Below are positions 21,394 to 30,497 of a stretch of 64,000 nucleotides of DNA, one piece after another. Position numbers and translations under genes: made by a program. Location of the stretch: contig OY762926.1 in assembly GCA_963666735.1 (NCBI GenBank), positions 2,048,001 to 2,112,000 on the forward strand. Reading direction: 5' to 3'. Position 1 is the stretch's first letter, and every line of letters begins with the position of its first letter. The notes under the pieces are model-generated. The model was not told where the DNA came from. It worked only from the letters and a program-made list of their open reading frames with translations, and did no database searches. Origin of the DNA: Gemmatimonadota bacterium. GTDB lineage: Bacteria > Gemmatimonadota > Gemmatimonadetes > Palauibacterales > Palauibacteraceae.

Positions 21394-22188
21394 ATGCCGC
21401 ACTCGTTTGCGCGCCTCTCGGCGCCCACATTGATGCCCGCACTGATGCTCGTGGTCGCGAACTCCGCGGCCGCCCAGTCCTTCGCCGACTTCTGTCCCGG
21501 CGGGGATCCGGAGACGGAAGCCGCCGTCGTAGGCTACGTGACGGATCCGGAGGCGGAGACGATCGTGCCCGGCGCGACCGTTGCGGCCAGCTGGGTGCAG
21601 TTCGACGCCCGCCAACGGGTCGAAGCCGAGGTCGGCATGGACGGCCTCTACGCCATCTGCGGGTTGCCGCGCGACATGGAGATTGCGTTGCGGGCCGTCT
21701 TCGGCGGATGGCGAGGTGAAGCCGTCCCGTACACCACGGCCGTCACCCTGGCCCAGCAGGATCTCCTGCTCTCCCTGACCGTGGAACCCGAACGGAGGGA
21801 AGAGGTCGGGTCCCTCGCCGCAGGGGGCAGCCGGACCCGGATTCTGGGCTCTCAAGTCATCCGCGCCGAGGACCTCGTGGATCTTCCCGAGATGAGCGTG
21901 TACGAGCTGCTGCGCCAACACTCGCTCCTGAGATTCGACCGGATGAGCACGCTCGGCGAGGTCATCCTCCTCACGTCGGTGACATTGAGTGCGTGGAGAT
22001 CCTTCCGGGAGCAGGCGGTGGAAGTACGCATCGACGAGAGGCGCGAAGGCGATGGCGTCAACGCGATCCGCGAGCTGTCGATCGACGAGGTGAGCCGGAT
22101 CGAGATCCTGACGCGTACGGAAGCCTCCGCGCGCTACGGGGGCGACGGTTACGTCGGCGCCCTCGTGATCACGACGCGCGACCGTTAA
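21394..22188 (+). CDS. Secreted protein: carboxypeptidase-regulatory-like domain + TonB-plug-like C-terminus (paralog 2)
   Basis: End-to-end similarity to the preceding ORF. Confidence 0.7.
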   Translation: MPHSFARLSAPTLMPALMLVVANSAAAQSFADFCPGGDPETEAAVVGYVTDPEAETIVPGATVAASWVQFDARQRVEAEVGMDGLYAICGLPRDMEIALRAVFGGWRGEAVPYTTAVTLAQQDLLLSLTVEPERREEVGSLAAGGSRTRILGSQVIRAEDLVDLPEMSVYELLRQHSLLRFDRMSTLGEVILLTSVTLSAWRSFREQAVEVRIDERREGDGVNAIRELSIDEVSRIEILTRTEASARYGGDGYVGALVITTRDR

Positions 22189-22203
22189 CCGCCCCGGCCC
22201 CGT

Positions 22204-25200
22204 TCAGGGGACGAGCCTCACGAGGTTCGCCCAGGTCGTGCGCTCGATTTCGTCCACCGCCGCGGCGCGCTCCTCGATGCCGGCCCCCAGCCGGGCCAGC
22301 AGATCGATCTGGCCCCGCGTGGGCGGGCCATCGCCCATCGAGGCGAATCCCATCAGCCGCGCCAGCTTGCTGTCGATGGCGGTGGGGTTCGCGATCAGAT
22401 CCTGCCCCGCGCGGGCTCGGTACTGCACGAGCCGCTCCTCGACCGGATAGAGTTCGCCGTTCAGTTCCGCGAGCGCGGCGCGCAGCGCATCTCCGCTTCC
22501 GCCGCGCTCCACGGCCCGCTCGGCCTGGGCGCGCAGGTCGCGGATCCTCGCGACGAGCTCCATGGTTTCCGTCAAGCGATCTCTCGCCTCCAACAGAAAC
22601 TCGAACTGCGCGCGGAGTTCCTCGTCCGTCACGTCGACGCGCGGGTCGCGGACGACCGCGAAGGGCTGCGAGAGGGTCCGCTCGCCCAGATCCAGCTCGA
22701 CGGTGTAGTCGCCGGGCGGCACGCGAGGGCCCTGCGCGCTTCCCTGGAAGACGGCGTCGTCGAGCACCTCCGCGGGCCGCACGCGCAGGTTCCATACGAA
22801 GGTGTGCGCCCCGGCTTCGGCCGAAACCGCCGCGCCCCCGCCGCCCAGGCCGAAGAAGTCCATCCCGGCCGGCGCCGCGGCCGTTTCGCTCGAGAACTCC
22901 CGGATCAGCGCCGCGCCCTCGCGGATGCGCAGCGTGACCCCGCCCGGCACGGTCTCGGGCAGGTAGTAGGGGATGACGACGCCGTCCGGCGGATTCGCGC
23001 CCGCCGGGTCGCCCGCGCCCGGCCGACCCATGGCCGAGAAGAGGGCGGCGGGCGAGGCGCCGGGGTTGAAGCGCGTCGTGGTCGCCGGACGGAAGAGCCT
23101 CGGCTCGCTCGCCGCTTCCCCGGCCGCGAACTGGTGGAGCAAATCCACGTTGTCCAGCACCCAGAACGAGCGCCCGTGCGTGGCCGCCGCGAGGTCGCCG
23201 TCGCGGAGCACGAGGTCGTGGATGGGGACGACCGGGAGGTTGAGGCTCAGCGGCTGCCAGGCGTCCCCGGCGTCGAACGAAACGTAGACCGTGCGTTCGG
23301 TGCCGGCGTACAGGAGCCCGGCCCGCCCCGGATCCTCCCGGATGACGCGCGTGAAGTCGTTGTCCGGGATCCCCTCCACGATCCGCGTCCACGTCTCCCC
23401 GTAGTCGGTGGTCCGGTACAGGTACGGGGCGTGGTCGGAGAGCTTGTAGCGCGTCGCGGCGACATATGCCGTTGCAGGATCGTGAAGCGACGGCTCGAGG
23501 ATGGAGATCAACGCAAACTCGGGCAGATCCGGGATCGTCACGTCCTCCCAGTTCGCGCCGCCGTCGCGCGATACGTGGATGTATCCGTCGTCCGACCCCG
23601 CCCACAGGAGCCCCGGCTCGAGCGGCGATTCGGCGAACGCGAAGATCGTGGCATACCACTCGGGACCGTACGCCTCCCGCGTGATCGGCCCCCAGTATTC
23701 TCCCGTTTCCTCATCCTCGTACGCGGGCGTGGGCTCCAGCGTCCGCGGGTCGGCGCGCGTGAGGTCGGGGCTGATGACCTCCCAGCCGTGGCCCTCGTCC
23801 GTCGTCCGATGGACGTGCTGTGAGGTGACGTAGAGGACGTCCGGATCGTGGGGCGAGGTCATCACGGGGTAGGTCCACCAGAACCGGTAGTTGATGTCGG
23901 CCGAACCCCAGCCGTAGTGCGTCTCGGGGTTCGGGGAGATGTCCCGCACCTGCCGGTTGCGGTGGTCGTACCGGTACACCCAGTGGTGATCTCCCGCATA
24001 GACGATGTTCGGGTCCTCGGTATTCACCGCGATGTAACCGTCTTCGCCCCCGCCGACGGTGTACCAGTCCTCGATGCTGATGCGGCCGAAATCCGAGCGG
24101 ACGGGGACGGAGATCGACGTGTTGTCCTGTTGAGAGGCGTAGAGCCGGTAGGGCGTCTGGTTGTCGGCGGTCACATGGTACATCTGCGCCGTCGCCTGAT
24201 TGAGCAGACTCGACCACGAGCGGCCGCCGTCGAAGCTCACCGCGCCGCCGCCGTCGCTCCCGTTGACCATCCGCAGGGGATTCGCGGGGTCGATCCACAG
24301 GTCGTGGTGATCCGGGTGCGGCGTGAACACGCGCTCGAAGGTTTCGCCGCCGTCCGTCGATTTCCAGAGGAAGACGTTGAGGACGAAGACCGTGTTCTCA
24401 TCGCCGGGGTCGGCGACGATGTGGTGGTAGTACCACGGACGCTGGAGGAGGTTGGCGTCCTCGTTCACGCGGACCCACGTCTCCCCCGCGTCATCGGAGC
24501 GGAAGATCCCCTTCTCCCCGCGCGCCGCGTCGATGATCGCCCACAGGCGATCGGAGTTCCGCGGCGAGACGGCGATCCCGATCCGTCCCTTGAGGCCGGA
24601 CGGGAGACCGGGGTGGTCGGTCAGTTCGGTCCAGGTGTCGCCGCCGTCCGTGCTCTTGAAGAGTCCGGTGCCGGGGCCCGCGCTGCGGAAACCCCAGGGG
24701 AAGCGCCTCAATTCCAGGAGCGACGCGTACAGGATGTCGGGATTCGCGGGGTCGAGGACGAGGTCGATCGCCCCCGAGTTCTCGTCCCGGTACAGGACCT
24801 TCTCCCACGTCGCGCCGCCATCGCGCGTCCGGTAGACGCCGCGTGCCTCGCTCGCGCCCCACGCGTCGCCGAGCGCGGCCACCCAGGCGATGTCGGGGTT
24901 CTCCGGATGTACGCGCACCCGGGCGACCTGGAGCGTCTCCGCGAGCCCGAGGTGCCGCCAGCTCGCGCCCCCGTCGTCGGAGCGGTAGACGCCGTCGCCG
25001 TGCGAGGCGTTGCCGCGGATGCAGGTCTCGCCCATGCCGACGTAGACGATGTCGGGGTGGGAGCGGCTGACCTCGACGGCCCCGACGGAGCCCGTGCCGA
25101 AGTAGCCGTCGGAGACGTTGCGCCAGTTCGCCCCGCCGTCCTCCGTCTTCCAGACACCGCCGCCCGCGCCGCCCTGGTAGAAGACGAGATCGTCCGTGGG

Positions 25201-25362
25201 GTGGCCGGCCACGCCGAGCACGCGGCCACCGCGCGTGGGTCCGATCGAGCGCCAGTCGAGGAGATCGAGCCAACCATCGTCGACGGGCTGCGCGTGTGCG
25301 CCCGCCGACGTCGAAGCACCGAACAGCGCCAGCGCGAGCAGGGTCCGTACGATTCGGGTCAT
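22204..25362 (-). CDS. Secreted VPS10/BNR (Asp-box) repeat protein, glycosyl-hydrolase-like
   Basis: Signal peptide, WRSIGP.RGGR, many S/T-x-D-G-G-x-T/S-W Asp boxes, coiled C-terminus. Confidence 0.85.
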   Translation of the reverse strand: MTRIVRTLLALALFGASTSAGAHAQPVDDGWLDLLDWRSIGPTRGGRVLGVAGHPTDDLVFYQGGAGGGVWKTEDGGANWRNVSDGYFGTGSVGAVEVSRSHPDIVYVGMGETCIRGNASHGDGVYRSDDGGASWRHLGLAETLQVARVRVHPENPDIAWVAALGDAWGASEARGVYRTRDGGATWEKVLYRDENSGAIDLVLDPANPDILYASLLELRRFPWGFRSAGPGTGLFKSTDGGDTWTELTDHPGLPSGLKGRIGIAVSPRNSDRLWAIIDAARGEKGIFRSDDAGETWVRVNEDANLLQRPWYYHHIVADPGDENTVFVLNVFLWKSTDGGETFERVFTPHPDHHDLWIDPANPLRMVNGSDGGGAVSFDGGRSWSSLLNQATAQMYHVTADNQTPYRLYASQQDNTSISVPVRSDFGRISIEDWYTVGGGEDGYIAVNTEDPNIVYAGDHHWVYRYDHRNRQVRDISPNPETHYGWGSADINYRFWWTYPVMTSPHDPDVLYVTSQHVHRTTDEGHGWEVISPDLTRADPRTLEPTPAYEDEETGEYWGPITREAYGPEWYATIFAFAESPLEPGLLWAGSDDGYIHVSRDGGANWEDVTIPDLPEFALISILEPSLHDPATAYVAATRYKLSDHAPYLYRTTDYGETWTRIVEGIPDNDFTRVIREDPGRAGLLYAGTERTVYVSFDAGDAWQPLSLNLPVVPIHDLVLRDGDLAAATHGRSFWVLDNVDLLHQFAAGEAASEPRLFRPATTTRFNPGASPAALFSAMGRPGAGDPAGANPPDGVVIPYYLPETVPGGVTLRIREGAALIREFSSETAAAPAGMDFFGLGGGGAAVSAEAGAHTFVWNLRVRPAEVLDDAVFQGSAQGPRVPPGDYTVELDLGERTLSQPFAVVRDPRVDVTDEELRAQFEFLLEARDRLTETMELVARIRDLRAQAERAVERGGSGDALRAALAELNGELYPVEERLVQYRARAGQDLIANPTAIDSKLARLMGFASMGDGPPTRGQIDLLARLGAGIEERAAAVDEIERTTWANLVRLVP

Positions 25363-25475
25363 CGGTCGGGCCGTATCCTTCGGGAGTCGTCCATTGCAGC
25401 CGAACCCCGAATCTTGCGCTCCGCCCACGCGCCGTACAGCGTGGGAGGGTGGCGGGTGGTTGAAGACGCCTGCCG

Positions 25476-25508
25476 GCGACCGATGTGCGACCGATGTGCG
25501 ACCGATGT
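25476..25508. repeat. Tandem repeat, 3 x 11 bp, in a divergent intergenic region
   Basis: GCGACCGATGT three times. Confidence 0.85.
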
Positions 25509-25611
25509 GACCCGGAGCCGGTACGGATCGTCTGTCATGGAGAAGCTGCGCCACGGACGGGCGCAGGGGCCAACGGAAATCGGGAATCGGAGTTCGATGC
25601 CTCAGAGAACG

Positions 25612-26310
25612 ATGGTCAGGCCAAACGACGTGACGGTCTCTGTTTCCGGACGCGCCCCGAGCCGGCGCCCATCGGTGCGCGGGCGCGTCGCGGTCTCGCT
25701 CGGCGTGTCGGCGCTCGTGCACGTCGCCCTCCTCGCCTGGGTCTCCGTGACGATCCCGGAGAGTACCCACACCGCCGCAGGCTTCGACCGCTCCGGATCT
25801 ACCGCGGAGCGCCCGCCGGAACGGACCATTGAAGTCGTGCGGATCCAGCCCCCGGGCGCGTTGCCCTCGGGTGGAGCGGCGGGTTCGGCGGAAGGCGGCG
25901 GCGGACAGGGCGCGGCCCCGGCGGCGGCAGTGCCCGTGCGACTCCCCTCGGTCTCCGTGCCGCTGGCGGGGGGCTCGAACGCCGGGCTTCCGGCCTTCGC
26001 GGCGGCTCCCGCATCGCCGTTGGCGCTCCCGGCGTTGGCGCTGGCGCCGGAGCGGCCCGCCGCGTCGACGCCGAATCGGGGCATCCTCCGGCGGCGGCCC
26101 GAAGCCGGAGCGTTCCCGGGTCTGGGAGAACGCACCGGCAACGGCTCCGGGCGGGGATTCGGCGGAGGAGGCGTCACCATCACGGGCATCGGGACGGATT
26201 GCATCACCCCGGGACGTGCCGGCGTCGGAGGCCGCATCGGATTCGGACTCCCGCTCTCGGGGCCGAGGGGCGGCGCTGGCAGTGTTGGAGGCGGCTGGCC
26301 CCGACGCTAG
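25612..26310 (+). CDS. Hypothetical membrane-anchored Pro/Gly/Ala-rich protein (TonB-like N-terminal anchor)
   Basis: TM segment SLGVSALVHVALLAW with S-x3-H motif followed by low-complexity region; start uncertain (25597 also possible). Confidence 0.5.
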   Translation: MVRPNDVTVSVSGRAPSRRPSVRGRVAVSLGVSALVHVALLAWVSVTIPESTHTAAGFDRSGSTAERPPERTIEVVRIQPPGALPSGGAAGSAEGGGGQGAAPAAAVPVRLPSVSVPLAGGSNAGLPAFAAAPASPLALPALALAPERPAASTPNRGILRRRPEAGAFPGLGERTGNGSGRGFGGGGVTITGIGTDCITPGRAGVGGRIGFGLPLSGPRGGAGSVGGGWPRR

Positions 26311-26470
26311 TGTGGTGTCGCAGAAGTCCGCGAGCCACCGAGAGCGTCGAGGCGCCGAGTACTGCAAGGCGCTCCGACGAGGAATAGCAGAGCTATTGCG
26401 AGGAGGAGCAACGCCGCAGGGGCGGATGCATCGGCGCTCGAATGGCCGTGGAATCTCTGCGACACCACAC
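26310..26470. mobile_element. Palindromic MITE-like element (161 bp)
   Basis: Perfect 15-bp terminal inverted repeats GTGTGGTGTCGCAGA (26310-26324) / TCTGCGACACCACAC (26456-26470), further internal pairing, central AATAGC-aga-GCTATT hairpin; flanks CTAG / CCAG. Confidence 0.75.
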
Positions 26471-26593
26471 CAGGCCCCACGTTGGCGCTCAGCGCGAGCG
26501 CGTGTGAACGTGCGGGATGACCAGGACGCCGATCTCACCCGTCTCACCCGCGAGGATCTCCTCCTGCTCGAGGACCATCCCGGATAGCGTCTC

Positions 26594-29239
26594 GTGGCGC
26601 GGCTCCGCCTGAACTGCGGGCGGGTCGCGGGCTGGACGCTGCTCTTCGCCGCCTCCGCGACGATCTCGGCCGCCGCGCCTTTCGTCGCTGAGGCGCAGTC
26701 GAGCCCGCCGGGCCGGGTACCCCCGGACACGCTCGCGCCCGAGGTCCGCGAAGAGAGGGATGTGTCCGTGGAGACCCTCTTGCGAGCGGAAATTCTCGAC
26801 ACCGGACAGGCCGAACTCGCTTCCGCCCTCAGCGAACTCCTGCCATCCGCCTACTTCCCGCGCCGTCAGGTCGCGGACCTCACATCGGCCGTTCGACCCT
26901 TCCGGCTGCGCGGGCTGTCGCCGGACCACACGCTCGTCCTCCTGAACGGGAAACGCCGCCACGCCACCGCGGTCGTGCACACGCCGGGCGGCGGCGCTTT
27001 TCCGGGCGCGAGCGGCGTGGACATGAACGCCTTCCCGCTTCACGCGATCGACCGCCTGGAGGTCGAACGCGACGGGGGCGCGACGCGGCACGGCTCCGAC
27101 GCGATCGCGGGAGTCATCGACCTGCGTCTCCGAAACACGGTCTCCGCGCCCGAGTTCATCGCCTCCGTCGGCCACCACTTTCCGGGCGACTGGGACGACG
27201 ACGGGCTGCGCTACGACTTCTCCGGACACTGGGGACTCGGGGTCGGCCGCGGGGCTGTCCTGAACCTCACGGGCGCGTTCAGCCAGCGGGAATCCACGAA
27301 CCGCGCGGGCGCCGACGGCCGCGATCAAATCCTCCCGGGGGACGCGGATTTCGTCGACGGGGGTGTCGTCATCCGCAAACACAACGAGGTGGCGCAGCCG
27401 AACCACCTGTGGGGCGACGGCGAGTCCTCCAACTTCATGCTGTTCGCCAACTTCGAACTCCCCCTTTCGGCGCGCGCCGGCCCCGGCGGCGCTGAACTCT
27501 ACGCATTCGGCGGCTACAGCCGGCGCCGGGAACGGAACGCGGGGTTCTTCGTGCGTTCGATGGACGACCGCAACTGGCCGGGGATCCACCCGCTCGGCTT
27601 TCTTCCGCGCTTCGACTCCGACACGCGGGACGTTTCTTTCGTCACGGGCTTGCGGCGCGGCGGGGACGGTCGGCCCGGGGCCGGATCCGGGACCGGTTCG
27701 CGGTATCGCTCCGAGCCCGGCTTCGACGGGGGCTGGAACTGGGACCTGAACGCCCAGTACGGGGCGAATAGACTCGACAACGACCTCTTCGACACGCTCA
27801 ACCCGTCGCTCGGGCCCTGCCTCGAGTCGGCGTGCGCCCCCGGCGCGGACGGGGTGCTCGGGACGGCGGACGATCCGGGGATTCCGAACCGGACCCGGTT
27901 CTCGACGGGCTCACTCGCGAACCGCCAGCTCCTCGCGAATGCGGACGTGTGGCGCCGGATCGAGACGGGACTCGGCGCGGGGCCGGTGAGCCTCGGCCTC
28001 GGGGCGACGTTCCGCCTCGACGGCTACCGGGTTCTGGCGGGCGAGCACGCGTCGAGGATCGATGGCTTTCACCCGACCCAGAGCGGTGGCGTCGCGGCCG
28101 CCGGCTCCCAGCGCTTCACGGGCTTCCGGCCGGAGGAAAGCGGGAGCTGGCACCGCACGAGTTTCGGCCTCCACGGTGGAGTCGACGCGCCGCTTGCGAG
28201 TCGGCTCCTGGTCTCCGCGGCGGGACGCTACGAACGCTTCGGCGACGTCGGCGGTACCCTGAACGGGAAGCTCGCGCTGCGCCTGGCTCTCTCCCGGATC
28301 ACGGTCGTCCGGGCGAGCGTGTCCACGGGATTCCGGCCGCCCGCGTTGAGCCAGTCCCACTACGGACACGTCGCGGCGGGGCGGCGCGAAGATCCGGACG
28401 AGCCGGGCGCCAGCCTCGGGTGGGAGGCGGGTACGTTTCCGGTGGAGGCTCCGGAAGCCCGGGCCGTCGGCGCGTCGCCCCTCCGGGGGGAGAGGTCGCG
28501 CTCCGTCAGCGCGGGGTTTGCGCTCGCGCCGGCCGACGACCTGCACTTCTCGGTCGACGGTTATGCGACGGACGTCGACGACGCCATTCTCCTGTCCAAC
28601 CCATTGGTCAGCGGCGTGAGCGGCCTCGTCGATCATCTGCTGGCGGATCTTGCGGTGGAGTCCGTTCGTTTCTTCTCGAACGCGATCGACCTGCGGTCCT
28701 ACGGCATCGATGCGGGGGCCACCTGGCGACCGCGGGTCGGGAACGCATCACGCCTCGAGTTCAGCGCGTCGGCGCACTGGGGGCAGGTCCGCGGCCGCTG
28801 CCCCGACGACGACATTGCCGCCTGCGTGAAGGAGAACGAAGCGCTGCGGGACGAATCGTACAGGATCTACGACGGGTTCGACGTCTTCTTTCTCGAGGAG
28901 GGACGCCCGGACTGGCGGGGCGTGTTCCGGACGAAGTTCACGAGCGGAGCGTTCGAGTTCGGCCTCGGGGCACACTATTTCGGGGCGCAGGAGGAACTGC
29001 GCGCGCTCGGCGTCGGCGAACACCCCCACAGAATCCGACGCCACGAACCGAAAGTCCTCTTCGATGCGGGAGTCCACGTCGACCTGGCGGGAGGGTGGCG
29101 CTTCTCGGCCGGCGGCGAGAACCTCTTCGATTCCTTCCCGGCGCGGGTGGACTCGTTCGGAGGGATCTTCCCCTACCGCTCGTTCTCGGCGATGGGGTTC
29201 AACGGCCGCTACCTGTACGCGCGCCTGCAGGTCTCCTAG
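26594..29239 (+). CDS. TonB-dependent outer membrane receptor
   Basis: Plug LRGLSPDHTLVLLNGKRRH, HGSDAIAGVI, SVSTGFRPP.L.Q, GENLFD, terminal GRYLYARLQVS beta-strand. Confidence 0.9.
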   Translation: MARLRLNCGRVAGWTLLFAASATISAAAPFVAEAQSSPPGRVPPDTLAPEVREERDVSVETLLRAEILDTGQAELASALSELLPSAYFPRRQVADLTSAVRPFRLRGLSPDHTLVLLNGKRRHATAVVHTPGGGAFPGASGVDMNAFPLHAIDRLEVERDGGATRHGSDAIAGVIDLRLRNTVSAPEFIASVGHHFPGDWDDDGLRYDFSGHWGLGVGRGAVLNLTGAFSQRESTNRAGADGRDQILPGDADFVDGGVVIRKHNEVAQPNHLWGDGESSNFMLFANFELPLSARAGPGGAELYAFGGYSRRRERNAGFFVRSMDDRNWPGIHPLGFLPRFDSDTRDVSFVTGLRRGGDGRPGAGSGTGSRYRSEPGFDGGWNWDLNAQYGANRLDNDLFDTLNPSLGPCLESACAPGADGVLGTADDPGIPNRTRFSTGSLANRQLLANADVWRRIETGLGAGPVSLGLGATFRLDGYRVLAGEHASRIDGFHPTQSGGVAAAGSQRFTGFRPEESGSWHRTSFGLHGGVDAPLASRLLVSAAGRYERFGDVGGTLNGKLALRLALSRITVVRASVSTGFRPPALSQSHYGHVAAGRREDPDEPGASLGWEAGTFPVEAPEARAVGASPLRGERSRSVSAGFALAPADDLHFSVDGYATDVDDAILLSNPLVSGVSGLVDHLLADLAVESVRFFSNAIDLRSYGIDAGATWRPRVGNASRLEFSASAHWGQVRGRCPDDDIAACVKENEALRDESYRIYDGFDVFFLEEGRPDWRGVFRTKFTSGAFEFGLGAHYFGAQEELRALGVGEHPHRIRRHEPKVLFDAGVHVDLAGGWRFSAGGENLFDSFPARVDSFGGIFPYRSFSAMGFNGRYLYARLQVS

Positions 29240-30435
29240 CCGCCCGGCCAGGGGGGGCCCTGTTCGGCCGGTACACGGCCCATGCCCATGTAGACGAACT
29301 TCTGGATCCGCTTCCCATCGTACGTCTCGGTCGTGTAGACGTTGCCCTGCGAATCGGTGGCGATGCTGTGGACGCCGATGAACTGGCCCGGCTGCCGGCC
29401 CCCGTCGCCGAAGCTGGTCAGCACCTCGAGCGAGGCACGGTCCACGACGTAGACTCGGTGGTTCGACCCGTCGGCGACGTACATGTACCGCTGGCCGGGA
29501 TCGCGTGAGAATGCGATATCCCAGGTCGAGCCGGCACCGAGTGTGCGCGGCGCAATCATCACCTCATCCACGTACGTCCCGTCCGTCCGGAAGATCTGGA
29601 TCCGGTCGCCGGCACGGTCGCAAACGTAGATCAGGCCGTCCAGCGAGGGGTCGGCGCAGTGTACGGGCGTACGGAACTGCTGGAGGGGTGGCGCATCGGG
29701 ATCGTAGGGCGGCGGGGGCGTGTCGTCCGGCGGGTTGCCGTAGGCGCCCCAGTAACGCTTGAACGCGCCCGTCGACGCGTCGAGCACCGCCACGCGGCGG
29801 CCGCCGTAGCCATCCGCGACGTAGGCTTCGTTGGCCTCCGCGTCGAAGGCGACCTTCGCCACCCGGTTGAAGCGCGTCTCGCTGTGGCTGTCCGGATCGA
29901 GCCCCAATTGCGGCTGGCCGTACGAAGCGAGGAACTCGCCGTCGCGCGAGAACTTGAGGATGTGCGAATCGCTCGCTCCGTTGCCGCCGATCCACACGTT
30001 GTCCATGTGGTCGATGGTGATCCCGTGGTTCGATTCGGGCCACACGTAGCCGTCGGACGGGCCTCCCCACGAGTTCACGAGATTGCCCTCCGGATCGAAC
30101 TCGAGCACCTCCGGCGCGGCGCGGCAGCACTCGCTCGTCGGCGGATCGGCTTCCGCTCCGAGTTCGGTGCCCGGGTTGATCGAAGCTCGGCGATGGATGA
30201 TGAACACGTGGTCGCGCGAGTCGACGCCGACGCCGATCGTGGAGCCCAGGAGCCAGTGTTCGGGCAGCGGTTTGGGCCAGAACGGGTCCACCTCGAACCG
30301 CGGCGCCGCGACGCCGGCCCCGTCTCCCGCGTCGGCCGAACCCGCATCGTCCATGGCGGCCTGACCGCAGGCGAGGGCGATGACGATTCCCGCGAACGCA
30401 ACGCAGGACAGCAGGTGTCGACGCTTCGCGCTCAT
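29236..30435 (-). CDS. NHL-repeat lipoprotein, peptidyl-alpha-hydroxyglycine alpha-amidating lyase (PAL)-like (paralog 2)
   Basis: Lipobox ALAC, FEVDPFWPKPLP, NHGI, VADGYG, PVHC, VCDR..RIQ, VHSIATD. Confidence 0.8.
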   Translation of the reverse strand: MSAKRRHLLSCVAFAGIVIALACGQAAMDDAGSADAGDGAGVAAPRFEVDPFWPKPLPEHWLLGSTIGVGVDSRDHVFIIHRRASINPGTELGAEADPPTSECCRAAPEVLEFDPEGNLVNSWGGPSDGYVWPESNHGITIDHMDNVWIGGNGASDSHILKFSRDGEFLASYGQPQLGLDPDSHSETRFNRVAKVAFDAEANEAYVADGYGGRRVAVLDASTGAFKRYWGAYGNPPDDTPPPPYDPDAPPLQQFRTPVHCADPSLDGLIYVCDRAGDRIQIFRTDGTYVDEVMIAPRTLGAGSTWDIAFSRDPGQRYMYVADGSNHRVYVVDRASLEVLTSFGDGGRQPGQFIGVHSIATDSQGNVYTTETYDGKRIQKFVYMGMGRVPAEQGPPWPGG

Positions 30436-30497
30436 TGCTTCTCCCTCCTCGTCAAGCCTCTTCGAGCCGCGGCGGCGGGAACCCGCTCGCGGAACTC

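Noticed and set aside
26330..26460. Glycine riboswitch upstream of the TonB receptor
   Set aside because: Only a loose GGAG...CGCCG.AGG...AATCTCT resemblance; the terminal inverted repeats explain the region better as a MITE.
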